A stretch of DNA of 64,000 bases from Cycas panzhihuaensis (lineage: Eukaryota; Plantae; Cycadophyta). Shown in pieces: positions 28,208-42,080 of this stretch. Under the pieces are notes generated by a model. It was not told the DNA's origin. It saw only the letters and a program-made list of their open reading frames with translations, and did no database searches. The translations under genes and the position numbers were made by a program. Where the stretch lies: assembly GCA_023213395.1 (NCBI GenBank), contig CM041465.1:161765741-161829740 (forward strand). Reading direction: 5' to 3'. Position 1 is the first letter of the stretch. Each line of letters begins with the position of its first letter.

Positions 28208-30530
28208 TTTTGAAACCAAGGAAATAGGCATCAACTCCACTCCATAATTATCCCTAATGGATGTGAATCTTCATAATAATTGTCACCACTATAACTCTTG
28301 GGTGATGCATAAAGTGCCCTTCTCCATGCCTCATTAGTAAACTATAAGGGATTTGACCTAATGACCTTAACATCAACATTTTGGGCAAAACACCTATGAA
28401 CTGTTGCACCACTACCTCAAGGGGATTTGATCCCTTCTGTGTTATTCCTCTTAGGTAGATGTTTTTATCAAAGAAGTTGAAGAAATTAATCATAAACATA
28501 TATCCCATTCCTACTACTACAAAAGTCGATAACTTGTTAGTGGTTGAAGTAGTAGGAGGAACTCTAATGACTAAGTATAAATCCTGTTAGCCTTAGCCGT
28601 AGTCTTTACCTAGGGAATTTGAGTTAAGTGAAATGCTTTTAGTAATAGAGAATCTGACTAAATTTAATCTATACTTAGACCATTCAATATGAAAGATATC
28701 TATAGAAACTAATGGCAATAATCAAGCATTGTGATTAGGATAACTTGAGAGGTAGGGAAGCATGCACCTTCATCAAATCCCCTAAAAAATGAACCTTTTG
28801 GAACTCCTTATTTACTTGAGAAAAGTATTAAAGAAGCTTCTCTAGATAACTCTAAAATGTTAGTGTCTTTTTAATCATCTATTAAGTAAAGTTTAACTCC
28901 TACATTTGAATTGATTTTGAATCAATACCTTTATATATGGTGCAATACTTATAAGTTCTAGTGAAAAAGGGTCTATCTTATAATATTTATATTTAAGGAT
29001 TTAGAGAGGGGATAATTAAGAAGCAAAATACAAAGTCTAAGAAGGTTGAGGTAACATATAAAGTGATACCCATGGTGGACTTGTTAAACACTTAGAAGTG
29101 AGTTAGGTGGCTTAATATAGTTTACAAGTGATGGAAATTCAACATGATTAGAGCTCATTCATGAGTAAAATTAGAGTAGGTGTGAGGAAAGTCGACTAAG
29201 TTAGCTCAATAAATTTGAGTTATAATGGTTTTTGTAATAATAACTCGGTGGCCCAAGGTGGAATCTTTATATTGTAGAAGTTTGATAATCTATGAGAAAG
29301 TACATCTAAAATTTACTACCATTGTTCATTTGGTCTAAGAAGTGAAATGTACTAAATAATATTTTCTCAGCATTATGGAGAAATTTATATAATATTTTAA
29401 TATTTTTCAAAAGTTGTTAGAGAAATACATACACTTAGTTCCTTGTGTAAATGTTATAGGCTTATTATGGACAAAGTTATTGGTTAAAATGGTTGACTAC
29501 CAACTCATTATTTTATTTCTTGTAGCAAATTTATTTTTACCTTGAAATTTTATAACTACAATTGACACATTTTTGTATAATTTTTGTACTACATTCTTGA
29601 CTAGTCTAGTACTTAGACTTGTTGGGAAGATGTTGGCCAATCTCTTACTTCAAGGATGTAGCAAATGCTATGTTTAGGAGAGATGTTAGCTAGGTAAATG
29701 ATTATATATTTTACAAGTCAACCTAAGTTAAAGCTTATTTATTATTAATGAACTCATTTAGTGCTAAATTAATTAGGAAATTAGAACATAGTTATAATCA
29801 CCTTCATGGACCTATAAATAATGGGTTGATCTAGGAGAAAGGTTAGATAAATGATGACAGTTTTATGACTATTAGCAAGGTGGTTTATTATGATATAGTG
29901 TTTTGGAGACTAGCATTGCATTACAACATAAATAAATAAAGACATGGATTATATATTATTTTATATGTGTTTGTGGTCATGTTCATTTTTTTTTATTATG
30001 ATTGTTGTGGTGAATATGTTTATAGTGAATATCTATACATGTGTCTTATTACTAGTTAAGGGCCAAATTGACGACTATTAATGCATTGTTAATGTAATGT
30101 TTTCTATAAAATGGACTTAAGAAAAGAACTTAAAATTAATAAGGACCCATATATACCTAATAGTCATGCAATACCTTTTTAAAACATTAAATGGGATCAA
30201 TCAAGTAATGTTTTCTCATAATATTATGTAGTACATAATGTTTAACCATCACCTTTATGTCCCTTTATTGTTGTATATATATATTACAAGACATTCAATT
30301 ATCATTGATCTCAATAGTTTATTATACTTCTACATCATAGGAATAACCAATAACTTGCATCTAAAATTTAACTATAAAATTATAATGTCAGGATAATGCC
30401 CAATTTAGAAGTATGTATGACCACCTTGGGCCCCTCAATGGCACCTTAAGCCTCCAAAAGTCACCTCGGTCCACCTACTGCCACCAAGCAACTATCTACA
30501 ACTGACATGGAGCCACCACATCCACCACAT

Positions 30531-30778
30531 ATATTGGTGGGGGGCCCTCTTCACTAACACCTCGAGGTTTTAGTGAAGAGGGCCCCCCACCATTCATTAC
30601 CTCCCCGGGTTCAAGCAGGCTAGCCCTTTAGCCCCACTTTCACTGGCATTCATGCGCCCCACAGGACCTAGCTACGACGGTGTTTTGTGCATCGACGATG
30701 TTTGGCGCGTCACCCCACTGCCCCCATAAGCGATGTTGTCCCCACGGGATTTGAACCCGGGTCTTGGCTCTGATACCA
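30531..30778 (-). mobile_element. TRIM-like unit: PBS (30766-30778), short non-coding CpG-rich interior, PPT-like tract (30597-30608), truncated putative 3' LTR with 58-bp palindrome
   Basis: Minus strand reads TGGTATCAGAGCCAAGACCCGGGTTCAAATCCC...TTGAACCCGGGGAGGTAA|TGAATGG. No coding capacity, and no matching 5' LTR was found. Confidence 0.6.
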
Positions 30779-30780
30779 CT

Positions 30781-30896
30781 TGCTTTTTTACTTTTTTATT
30801 TTTTTATTTTTTACTTTTTGCTTTTTACTTTTTTGCTTTTTGCTTTTTTATTTTTTACTTTTTTGCTTTTTATTTTTTTGCTTTTTTGCTCTTTTT
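30781..30896. repeat. Degenerate 7-8 bp T-rich tandem array (TGCTTTTT/TACTTTTT/TATTTTTT)
   Basis: Directly visible, starting 2 nt from the PBS. Confidence 0.9.
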
Positions 30897-31621
30897 GGGG
30901 CACTAGTTGGCTAACAGACTATGTGCGCATGAACTGATGACAAACTGGCTAGAGACACTCAATTTAACAAATAGATGATGACTGACTTACTGACCGACTA
31001 AGTGCACACAATCCACTAATAGACTAACCAGGTACACTAAGTATGGGCTTGTCTGGTTTGTAGGCCCTCTGATATACTTATCCCAGATGTAAATAGTATC
31101 AACTTATAGAGGCAAACACTCTACTCTGTAGTTGTACTACCCCGTCTCTAGGGTATGTGGAGAGTAACTTCCTAGGGCTAACTGCTTACCGATGCACTAC
31201 AAATTATAGACGGTCAATAGGTTTCCTATGGTTACCTATACTAGGAAGGCCTATCTACGGGGTCCTCCTATATACTCACAGGTAAGTAGAGGCACAATTT
31301 CATAGACGAGTTCTATCTAAGGCTTGATTCAAGAGTGTGATCTCCAGTCCTTCACGTAAAGGACAGAAAAGCCATAATGCGCTTAGCCCAAAATGATAGA
31401 TCCTCGTAATATTTATGTACCCCCAGCATAGGGTCTCTATCTAAATACAAAAGAGAACTGCCTAGTGGCAGTGTTAGGGTAGCTGCATTGCAGTGTTATC
31501 TACTCCCAAAAAGTAAAGTAACTAAATAGAAATCAAATGAGAATAGGTACTAATGAGAAAAAAATGATGAAAAAAATTGATTATTTAGTACCTTGACTCT
31601 CCCACAAGGAATGGATTGACC

Positions 31622-32016
31622 GCTCTGATACCACTTGTTAGGATACCACTCCTTAATGATAATTATATATCAATATAATAAGCAAATAACTTCAAAAGAG
31701 CACTTGTATTGCAATACCCTTCGAGGGGGCAACCTCCCAATTACATGCAAATAACAATGATATTTAAGATACCATACTCTAAGGATTACACAAATATATA
31801 TATGTCTCTATGCTTACTACTCAACCACCTCCTTATACATGTGGGATATTATATGAATATATATAGTACTCAATGACCACTACACAACCTTCTACTTATG
31901 CATGTGGGATATTAAGAAAAGGGAAGTAGAAGAAGAAGTAAAGATATAAGAGAGAGAAGAAGTACAAGATATAAGAGAATATAAGAGAAGGTAAGTTAGG
32001 GGTTGGATCCCTAACA
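31622..32016 (-). mobile_element. Unpaired 5' LTR (31636-32016) with PBS (31622-31633)
   Basis: TGTTAGG...CCTAACA terminal inverted repeats, followed on the minus strand by AG-TGGTATCAGAGC. E3 LTR sequence resumes right after 32016. Confidence 0.8.
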
Positions 32017-33562
32017 GAGGCACTTGCCACCTCTCCAAAATTCTATTTATAAGTGGGGAATACCTCCCTGGTATTTTTTAGTACCACTACTCAATATTTA
32101 GAATTTCTTTTCACTTTGAGAAGATGATGTGACACTTGTAATCCTCTTGCTCTACTCCTTGACACTAACATATGGTATCCAAGCTTGGTTTAGTTGGTAC
32201 TCATAAGATTTATAGTTGCATTCTTGGTATATCTGTCATACTTTTTTATTTATTAAATATTAATATTATAAAACTATTGATTATAATATAAATTTTATTT
32301 ATGTTCATATTTAATTTGTGAAGTGAATATATACTTGTTTTTTATCTCACTACTATAGCTTGTACATCGATTAAAACTATATCATATAACCATTCATTCT
32401 GATCATGATTGAGTCCTCTATCTAACAGTGAAGACCATTTGAAATTTCATCTCTCTTGTTGAGAGATATTCCTCTTTGAGTCTTAATCAGTGCATTATGG
32501 ACCGCTATGCTCTGCTTCTCCATTCTCAGTTTGTGAATAACTGTTTGGTATGAAACTTAACCCGTGCCTTACCATTAAAGATATTCAACTGCCCCTGAAG
32601 TCTTGTGTCAATATGTTTCCTCTGTAGAGAGATTAAGCTCCCTAAATCATTCAGAGTTCTTGTCATTTCTCAACATCTTTTTATATAATATATTTTTTTT
32701 TAATTCTTTTTTTTCTCGATTCAAGTCTACACATCTTAGGTGCCCCCTATGGATCTATCTGTGTAATGAGTCTTGCCTGGATCTGTCTCCCATTCATGAT
32801 TTCTAATCACTTGTGCATTAGTATTCGTCTGTCCTTATTCATGCCTCTTTTCATTTTTAATATATAAAATATATATTCATCACCTTTTGTGGATCAATCC
32901 ACTTGTATATTGGAGGTTCCCCCTCCCACAAAGTGTAGATCGAACATTTTTTAATCGAGTTTTGATGTTATTCATTCAGTTTTTCTCCTCTATGTAGGTC
33001 GTGCCAATTAATGACGATCAATATAATCGATATCTCTTATTTTTTTATAAAGTTTAATATAAATTTAATTTGTTTTAATCCTTCTTTAAAATATGGTTAT
33101 TCGATTAACATTAGCCCCTACCAACTCTAACTGGCAGTCATATTAAACCCATATGACCGTGGTTTTATCACAAAAGGGGCAGATTTGAAAAAGAAACTAA
33201 TCCTTTTTTATTTTTTTAGTTTTTAAAGGATTTAAGTAAATCTTATAATATTTCAATTCCAAAGCCCCCTTTTGAGTATTAGTTAGTGGTCACTTTGGGT
33301 TCCACGTGACCCTGTTCTTATTGATTAAGGGGCCTATTGTATTTTCTTTTTAAAATTTCATTTCATTAATACATAAAGAGGACCTCTCACTCTTTTCACT
33401 ATAACTTTCCATTGGAGCATCAATTTTCCATAAAACTAGTCTCGTTGGATTCATATTTTAGTGCTCTTTAGATTAGTACTATTATTTACTTAATTTGAGT
33501 CTATTTCAATAGTGTTTAGATTATTAGATAACATAACAATAATATTTTGGAGGCTAAAATTT

Positions 33563-34090
33563 TGATACATTGGCAGCACAGTTTCCCCCTCCAAACTTCT
33601 TTGGGGGGGATCCAAGGGAAGTGAGAGCCCCCTTAGCTACGGGATGTAGGGGTGCAGGCGCCCCATGCAAAGAGGGGGTTTGGAGACAGTAGACTCCAAC
33701 CTAAAAGTCTAGCACTAAAAAGCATACTAAATTGTAAAGAGAATCAAGGTCATTCGTTCAAAATACACTAGGTTCTATAGTCAAGATTTGTGCCTTGTAT
33801 GACTCTCTCATATAGCCTGATTTAGGGTGTTTTTTCATTATATTGATGGGGTTTGATGTATTAGATGTACTATGAGGAGTTGGGCAGCCAATTGTTGTTG
33901 ATGTGAATATTCTACTATAGATTATATACATTTCTCCATTCTTTGATAATAAAGATCAATACCTTTCCTATGTAGATATTTCCCTAGCATACTACTAGGG
34001 TTTTACTGCGTTATATTAGTTGTATATATGATTTTTTTGGCTTTCTAATTCATTTATTGTATTATCTCTAGTTTAAGAACTTGCATGTTA
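33563..34090 (+). mobile_element. Probable solo LTR inserted in E3 leader
   Basis: Starts TGATACATTGG with a GC-rich block at 33570-33705. Flanked by AATTT (33558-33562) and AATTT (34091-34095). The 3' terminus is degenerate (TA). Confidence 0.55.
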
Positions 34091-34484
34091 AATTTTAGTT
34101 TCAATTCCTATAACTAATTACAAAATAGTTTAGATCTTGATGGTGGTTTATGGTTATTAGGACCTAGTTTACTCAACATGAATTAGTCAAAGTTGATATT
34201 CTTTTCAATACTCATTTCACTTGCCAAAAAGAGGTTTGTTCATAGATTCTTGAATAATTTAACTATTATGGCTCTATTTTCTAAACTGTAAGAACTGAAA
34301 AAATATATTTTTACAACTCTATACATTGGAATTAGTTTCATTTTATTTTGACTATGTTTTGTAGGTCTTTTAATCCCCTCAAGCTAAGGCTCTAGTTCAA
34401 ACCTAATAGGCATATTCTATAATATTTTTTAGTATTTTTTTTCATCTAAATTAATTCTATTTAAGGATAGTTTGTTACTAATTA

Positions 34485-36450
34485 GTTTTTTGGGTGCTTA
34501 GCCTATGCACATGTACTTGATCAAAGAAGATCCAAATTGGACAACCATAGAATTAAGTGTATATTTCTTGGTTATAATAAAACTTCTAAATCATATAAGG
34601 TTTATGATCCTAAGTCAAGGAAGGTTATGGTGAGTAGATATGTAACATTCCAAAAAGATGCTTGCTATCATGATGATCAAGAAAAGAGAAAAGAAGTAAT
34701 GATCAATCTTAACATCTCCACTAAGTTAAAATGTGTGCCACCTATGTTTGACTCTAGACAAGTCATTAATGAACCAAGTGGGGAGGAAACCTCTTCTCAA
34801 CCTCTACCACAACTTCTTCTAAAATAGGTTCAAAGGAATCACGATATGGGTAACATCCTGGATAGCAATCAGAGATCTACTAGCACACATAGGGTAAACG
34901 TTGCCCTCATGAGTAAAGTTATAGAGTCCCATGAGTCTCAAATCTTTGGTGAGGCCAATATGCCTCTTGGAGAAAGGAAATGGAAGAAGAATATCACTCC
35001 ATTATTAAGAATGATACTTGGGAATTGGTTGAATTAACTCTTAATAAAAGGGTAATTTCTACTAAATGGATTTATAAAACCAAGTTTTTCTCTAATGGAT
35101 CAATCGATAAATATAAAGCTAAATTGGTAGCCAAAGGTTATGCACAAAAAGAAGATATTGATTATAATAAGACATTTGCCCCTCTTGCATGAATGGAAAT
35201 TATTCAGATGATGACAAGTTTGGTAGCACAAATGGGATAGAATGTTTATCAAATGGATGTCAAAAATACTTTCCTCAATGCGTATATTGAAGAAGATATT
35301 TATGTCTCTCAACCCCTTAGTTTTAAAGTCATGAGAGAAGAAGACAAAGTGTACAAACTCAAAAAGGCACTTTATGGTTTGAAGCAAGTACCTAGGGACT
35401 GGTATTCCCGCATTGACAAATATTTTAGAGATAAAGGCTTTGAAAGATCTTAGTCAGATCCAAATTTATACATTAAAATCAAGGGAGATTCTATTCTAAT
35501 TATGTAATTTTATATAGATGAACTTGTCTACACTAGAAATGACCATCATCTTTTGTAAAACGTTAAGGAAGCCATGTATAAAGAATTTGAAATGACAAAT
35601 TTGGGATTAATGCATTACTTCTTAGATTTGGAAGTATGGCAGGATAAAAATGGTATCTTCATATCCCAAAGGAAATATACCCTATACCTACTACAAAATT
35701 TCAGGATGACTGATTGTAAGCCTTTAGCAACTCTAACTAAAATAGAAATCAAGCTATTCAAACTGGATGATTCTGCACTCATATACTTTATAGATAGTTA
35801 ATTGGTAGTTTAATTTACTTAACTTCCACTTGACCAGACATAATGCATTCAATCAGTGTAGTATCTAAATTTATGCAAGACCCTAAGACTACGCATTGGC
35901 AAGTAACCAAAAGGATTTTATGGTATCTTAAAGGTACTATAGAATATGGTCTATATTATAAAGCTTCATCAAATTTTAGATTGACATGATATATAGATTC
36001 AGATTGGGCATGTGACATCAACGATAGAAAATTGACTTCAGGTTACACTTTCAGTATGGGTTTGGCAACCATAGCTTAGAGCACCAAAAAGCAAAATGTA
36101 GTCTCTTTATCTGCATCTGAAGTAGAATACAAAGTAGCAGTCTTTAGTATATGTGAAATAGTTTATTTAAGAAGACTATTATAGGATTTTTAGTTAGAAC
36201 CGAAAGGGCCTATATGAATTTAGTGTGATAATCAGAGCACAATATATATGACAAAGAATCCAGTATTTCATGACAGAACAAAGCACATTGAGACATAATA
36301 CCATTTTATTTGAGAGCTAGTATAAGCAAGTGAAATAGAATTGGCATATTGCAACACCAAAGATTAAGCAATAGACATCTTCACAAAAGCTTTGGGTAAG
36401 ATCAAATTTCATAAATTCAGAGACAAGTTAGGAGTTCTACGCATTGACTA
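34485..36450 (+). pseudogene. E3 integrase C-terminus, RT, RNase H
   Basis: [49 protein letters not shown]; many stops. Confidence 0.9.
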
Positions 36451-38121
36451 TTATGGGGGAGAATGGTGGGATAATGCCCAATTTAGATGTGTGACTACCT
36501 TAATCCCCTTAATGGTACCTTGAGCCTCCAAAAGTCACCTCAGGCCACCTAATGCCAAGCAACTGCCTACAACTGACATGGAGCCACCACAACCACTATG
36601 GGTATGTTATTTTATTTATGTACTTAATATTTTAATAATTATTTAAATTTTCAACTAAAGTCAGGTTGGGATGCTTGTTGCCTCCCTAAAATTCTATTTA
36701 TAAGTGGGGAATACCTCCCTGGTATTTTTTAACACCACTACTTAATATTCAATTTTTTTTTTTTACTTTGAGAAGATGATGTGACACTTGTAATCCTCTT
36801 GCTCTACTCCTTAATGCCAACACATAATACTAACTTATTTGAACTAATGAATTGCAACTAGTCTAATATAACACACATTTCTCTTAACTCACCATTTTTT
36901 ATTAGTCTATAATAATACTACTTATTTTGCCACTTATAAATAATCAAAGTCCATTATTGCAACTAAAGTTATTACTAAATATATGTTATAACCTTGATTA
37001 TTAAGCTACAACTATATTTCATTCCTATTGGCATTTATAGTTCATTCTTGATCATATTTACTATTCATTCTTTAATTATAGCCATAATAAAAAGGCATTA
37101 TGAAAATCCTTTGTTTAATATATATCCCTTCAAATACATCATTGCTTTTTCTTCAAGTTTCCTCACTTAGCTGCCTTGCTCTCCTTATTACAATTAACTT
37201 GCTAAATCATTATCTTCTCCTTATATTATAAATGGGCTTATGAAGTAAAGTTTGAGAGGCTTTCTTCTCCCACCTACAAAGGTTTCTTTAAGCACTATAT
37301 TTTATTACTATGATTACAACACCTCTAATAAATACTATATTGAGTAAGCATACTTCTTTAATTATTTTGGCTTGTCCAACTACTTTCTTTATGCATCGTA
37401 TTTATCCTTAACCTACAATAGTGCTTGGCTCACTTAGGTGACATTTGTTGCCTTAGACATTACTTCATCTTATAATTTGATAGCAAGGTTACCTTTCAAT
37501 CTTGATGCTCTAATTTATTTACACATGTTACAAATGGTATGGGAAATTTTAGTATTAATTATTATTTGATAACCATTATAAGCATTATTTATATTATCAA
37601 AATCATTTGTACACAAATTATGTATTTATGTACTTCTTTAAATGCCTCATTATGTGTTTTCTATATTAATGGCATTATTTACTAGTGAGGTGTTTTTTAA
37701 AAATCATTTTATCAACTCTTATGTACAACTATTAACAACATTAATTGTTGCATAATAGTCATATCCTAGTCTCTTTCCTCTTTAAAACCAAGTGGGATGC
37801 CCTTTTTCTTCTCCTTTCATTTTACTCTTGAGTGTTAAAATCAAGAGCAGAACCAGATCAAACACGCACACCAATCTCAGAAAGAATACACATGGTATCC
37901 AGTGGGAAAAACCCACCTTCGAACTCTCGATTACATTGATTGAAAAAGCATAAGAGTACAAGGATATCTTTGGATATATATAGATCCATAAGACTCCGAA
38001 ATGAACATCTGTCAGCCCAAGAAACAATAAAAAAGATAAATGATTAATATTTACATTAGCCAGGTATTGTTTTTAACATCCCCCCTTAATGTAAATATTG
38101 ATCTTCAACATAATGAAGTAT

Positions 38122-41100
38122 CTAACCTTTATCTTGAAACATTGATTCTCCTTCAAGACTAAGTTCCAAATGTACACGAATCTTCAAAAACCAATCTTCA
38201 GTAAGAGTCTTGGTGAACATGTCAGTAAGTTGCTCCTCACTTGGACAATATTCAACCTGCATCTTCCCCGATCTGATCAACTCATAGATGTAGTGGTGTT
38301 GGATTTCTATGTGCTTTGTACATGCGTGAAACTCTGGATTCTTTGAAAGTTGAATAGTACTTTGATTATCACAATGAATAACTAGAGTACTAGATGATAC
38401 ACCAAGTGTCTCCAAAAGTCCCTACAACCATACAACTTCCCTTGCACTAACACTTAAACTTTGGTACTCTGTTTCTATAGATGACAAGGCCATGGTAGAT
38501 TGCTTTTTGGATTGCTAAGAGACAAATCCATTTTCTATGCCAAAAATATATCCTACAGTTGATTTTCGGTCTTGACATCTCGCCCTAATCAAGATCAGAT
38601 ACCCATACAATTTTGCCTTTCCACCACGAAGGTATTTAAGGCCAAGATTAAGTGTACCCTTAATATACTTCAAAATCCTCTTGGCTACATTCAAATGTGG
38701 CTCTTGGGGATTTTGCATAAAGCAAAATACCAATCCAACAGCATAGGCAATATCAGGTCTAGTATGAGTAAGATAAATCAAACTTCCTACTGATTGTCGA
38801 TACAACATCCCATCTACAACTGGTTTATCCATGTTCTTCTGAAGCTGTGTGCCTTTCATACATGGTGTTTTAGTTGGTTTACAATCCTTCAATCCGAATT
38901 TCTCAAGAAGGGATTAAGCATACCTTATCTACAACATCATGATGCAATCTTTCATTTGCCTAATCTTGATGCCTAAAAAATGATGGAGAGGACTAAGATC
39001 TATCATATCGAAGTTATGACCCAAAAAGGTCTTTGTATATGCAATTGTCCTACTACAATTTCTTGTAATGATAAGGTCATCCACATACAAAACAACAAGA
39101 ACAATCAAAGATCCTTTCTTTCTAATATAAAGACTTGGTTCATAATCTGTTGTTACAAAACCATCAACTTTTAATCTAGCATCAATCTTCTTGTACCAAG
39201 CACGTGGTGCTTGTTTTAGTCCATAAAGAGATTTCTTCAATCGACACACTAAATGCTCCTATCCTTTCTTCACGAACCCTGGAGGTTGGGCTACGTAAAT
39301 CTCCTCCTTCAAATCTCCATGAAGAAAGGCAGACTTTACGTCCATTTGATGTAACACCCAACTAAAGGTAGTTGCTAAAGCAAGGATCAAATGGACCATT
39401 GAAATCTTAGAGACTAGTGCAAAAATCTCTTCATAATCGATCCCTTCTTTTTGTTTAAAACCTTGAGTTACAAGTCTAACTTTATACTTGTCTACTTCAC
39501 CATTGGAGTGATACTTTACCTTATAGACCCACTTGCAGCCAACCAGGTTCTTTGAGGGAGGAAGCTGAACTAAATCCCATGTATGGTTCTTCATAAGAGA
39601 ACCAAATTCTTCCTCCATTGTAGCTTTCCATCGCAGATCTTCCTTCGCTTCGTCAAACGAGATGAAGTCGCTGGTGTTTATCACTAAGGCTTAGCTGGCA
39701 TGTTGACTACTTGTCCTTCGACCATCTTCTAAATTCTCAACCGTCACTCCTAAGTCTTCAATGGTTCTTTTTGCCCACAATGGAACATGAGGTGTAGACC
39801 GTGTTTCAATCTATGACGGGTCCTCAATATCACTTTCACTTGGTCCAGCTTCAAAAACATTCTGCGGGACAGACTCGTGTACTTGTAAATATGTAGAATC
39901 GCGACTCGAAAAAGGTAGAAGTGGAGCATAAAATACATCTTTAGATGATCTGTCAACACGATACGTTAGAGACTCGTCAAACTTAACATCCCAACTAATC
40001 AAGATTTTTCCCCCTCGCAGATCCCAAAGTCTATAAGCTTTACACTCAGATGAGTACCCCATAAAAATACACTTTAAACTCTTGGGATCCAATTTCTTTT
40101 GATTTTCGTCAGGGATATGTGCATAGGCAATGCACCCAAATACCTTAAAATAATTAATAGAAGGTTTCTGACTGGTCCGACATTCTTTGGGATAATGCCA
40201 CGAATAGTAGAAGTAGGTACCCTATTCAAAATATGAACTGCTGTCACCACAGCTTCTGCCCAAAATTTGGGAGGCAAATTCTTACCATGCACCATACACC
40301 TTGCCATTTCTATTATGGTATGATTTTTCCTTTCTGCTACACCATTTTACTGTGGAGTATATGGAACAGTAAATTCGTGCTTAATACCATTGGCAAGACA
40401 GAGCTGATGAAAGGCATTGTTATCATACTCCTTTCCATTATCACTTCTTAATTTCTTGATCTTCAAACCACATTCATTTTCAACACAAGTTTTCCATTCA
40501 CAAAATCTATCAAATATATCAGACTTATTCTTCAAAAAGAAAACCCAGGTTTTTCTACTGAAATCATTTACAAATAGTAGTACATAGCAAGCTCCAGAAA
40601 TAGAAGGATTTGACAATGGACCCATCAGATCAGTATGAACAAGTTCAAGTTTCTCTTTTGCCCTACATGCATTATCTCTAGCAAAAGGATAACGATGATG
40701 TTTTCCATACATACATCCTTCACAAGCACCCTTTGAACATTGAATATGAGGCAAACCAATTACCATCTTCAATCGGTTCATTAAATTGATGCTACCATAG
40801 TTTAGATGACCCAATCTTTCATGCCACAACTTACTCACATCATCAGCACTAGCAATGAAAATATAAGAATCCTGCTCGGTTTTAAAGGTCTCAAACACCC
40901 AAAAGTTATCCTGTACTTTCCCAGTAGCAACAATAGAGAAGTGTTTCTTTGGATCTCTAACTAAGAATTTATCATTGTAGAGCTCTATTTTCATACCTCG
41001 CTTGCAGATTTCCCAGGCTGAGAGAAGGTTAAGCTTCATTTGCGGTACATAATAGACACCATCAAACTTTTCACCTGCAAGTGAAATGGTTCCAATACCT

Positions 41101-42080
41101 TCTACAGGCAAAACATTGGCATCTCTAAGAATCACATTAGCATTAATTGAACTTGAATCTAAGGTATCAAAAATATGCTTTTAATGGGTGATGTGTTTTT
41201 GAGCACCTGAGTCTAGGATCTAATAATCTTTCTTTTCAGATGACATTATAGATACCCGAATATAATGTGCTACAACACTTTTCCCTTTATCATCTCGGCT
41301 TACCTTGCACTTGTCTCGTTTCTTGATCTAACAGTTTCTTTCCCTGTGACCATCTTTCTTGCAGTAGTTACACCTTCCCACTGACTTCTTCTTTTCATGA
41401 GAGGTCTCACCAATCTTCTGTGTAGACTTATTTTCATGGAATAAATCCTTCTTCTATGTCTTCATTATTAAGGCCTGATTTGAAACTGAACCACCAAGCA
41501 TCCCATGATGCTTCAATTTGGCATCTTCAGCTAAGATCAGATTTTTTAAGGACTCAAAAGACTCACCTTCCATGGCTTTATCATTCCCATAAACTGTCTG
41601 AAAGGTGACAAATGTAGCTGGTAACTTTGACATAATAATGGCAAACAGCAAGGCATCATCTATTGAGTTTGATTTCAATTCATCCAACTTATTTCTCAAA
41701 TCAGTGATCTTGTTTAAGAATGCACTAATATTATTTTCGTCTTCAACTTTTGCACTCAATAATTTCATCATGAGGTCAACCCGATGATTTGTCTTCTTTT
41801 TCTCAAAAGTCTCACATAGCTTGGTCCATATTTCATTCAGAGTTTCAAGATTGTGCACTAAAGCCCTTTGATCGGGAGCCAAAGACAGTTTAAGTAACCT
41901 AATAGCCATAAAATGTCTCTCTTCAATACGTACATGCTCTTTTTCATCCAAGGGCAAGCTTAATAAGGGTGACTTAGTAATTCCCCATAATTGATTTACC
42001 ATTAAAACGAGTTCCATGTGTGCTTTCCACTCATTAAAATTGTTTCTATTAAATGTAACTAATGGTGCAAGCTTGTCCAT
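38122..42080 (-). pseudogene. E4 gag-pol polyprotein with scattered stops and frameshifts
   Basis: gag FNRNNFNEWKAHM; knuckle CNYCKKDGH; protease LDSGA; integrase LVHTDLMGP, RSDNGKEY, PYTPQ; RT QMDVKSAFLHG, LYVDD; RNase H CDNQS, DMFTK. Confidence 0.95.

Larger units (their letters stand above)
30386..36822 (+). mobile_element. Internally deleted Ty1/copia element E3, related to E1
   Basis: 5' LTR 30386-~30530 plus 32017-32170. PBS TGGTATCCAAGC at about 32173. 3' LTR 36464-36822, PPT 36451-36463. TSD TATAA/CATAA. LTR and leader are similar to E1. Confidence 0.88.

Noticed and set aside
28254-29700. Possible very old LINE remnants
   Set aside because: Only faint DUF4283-like resemblance; too eroded to call without an HMM search.
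30725-30778. tRNA gene or tRNA-derived SINE
   Set aside because: Only a B-box-like motif beside a PBS; no cloverleaf or convincing A box and tail.
30930-30965. CTGATGA as a hammerhead ribozyme (retrozyme) core
   Set aside because: No stem II followed by GAAA and no pairing stems. The CTGATGA hits near 6935 and 8627 fail likewise.
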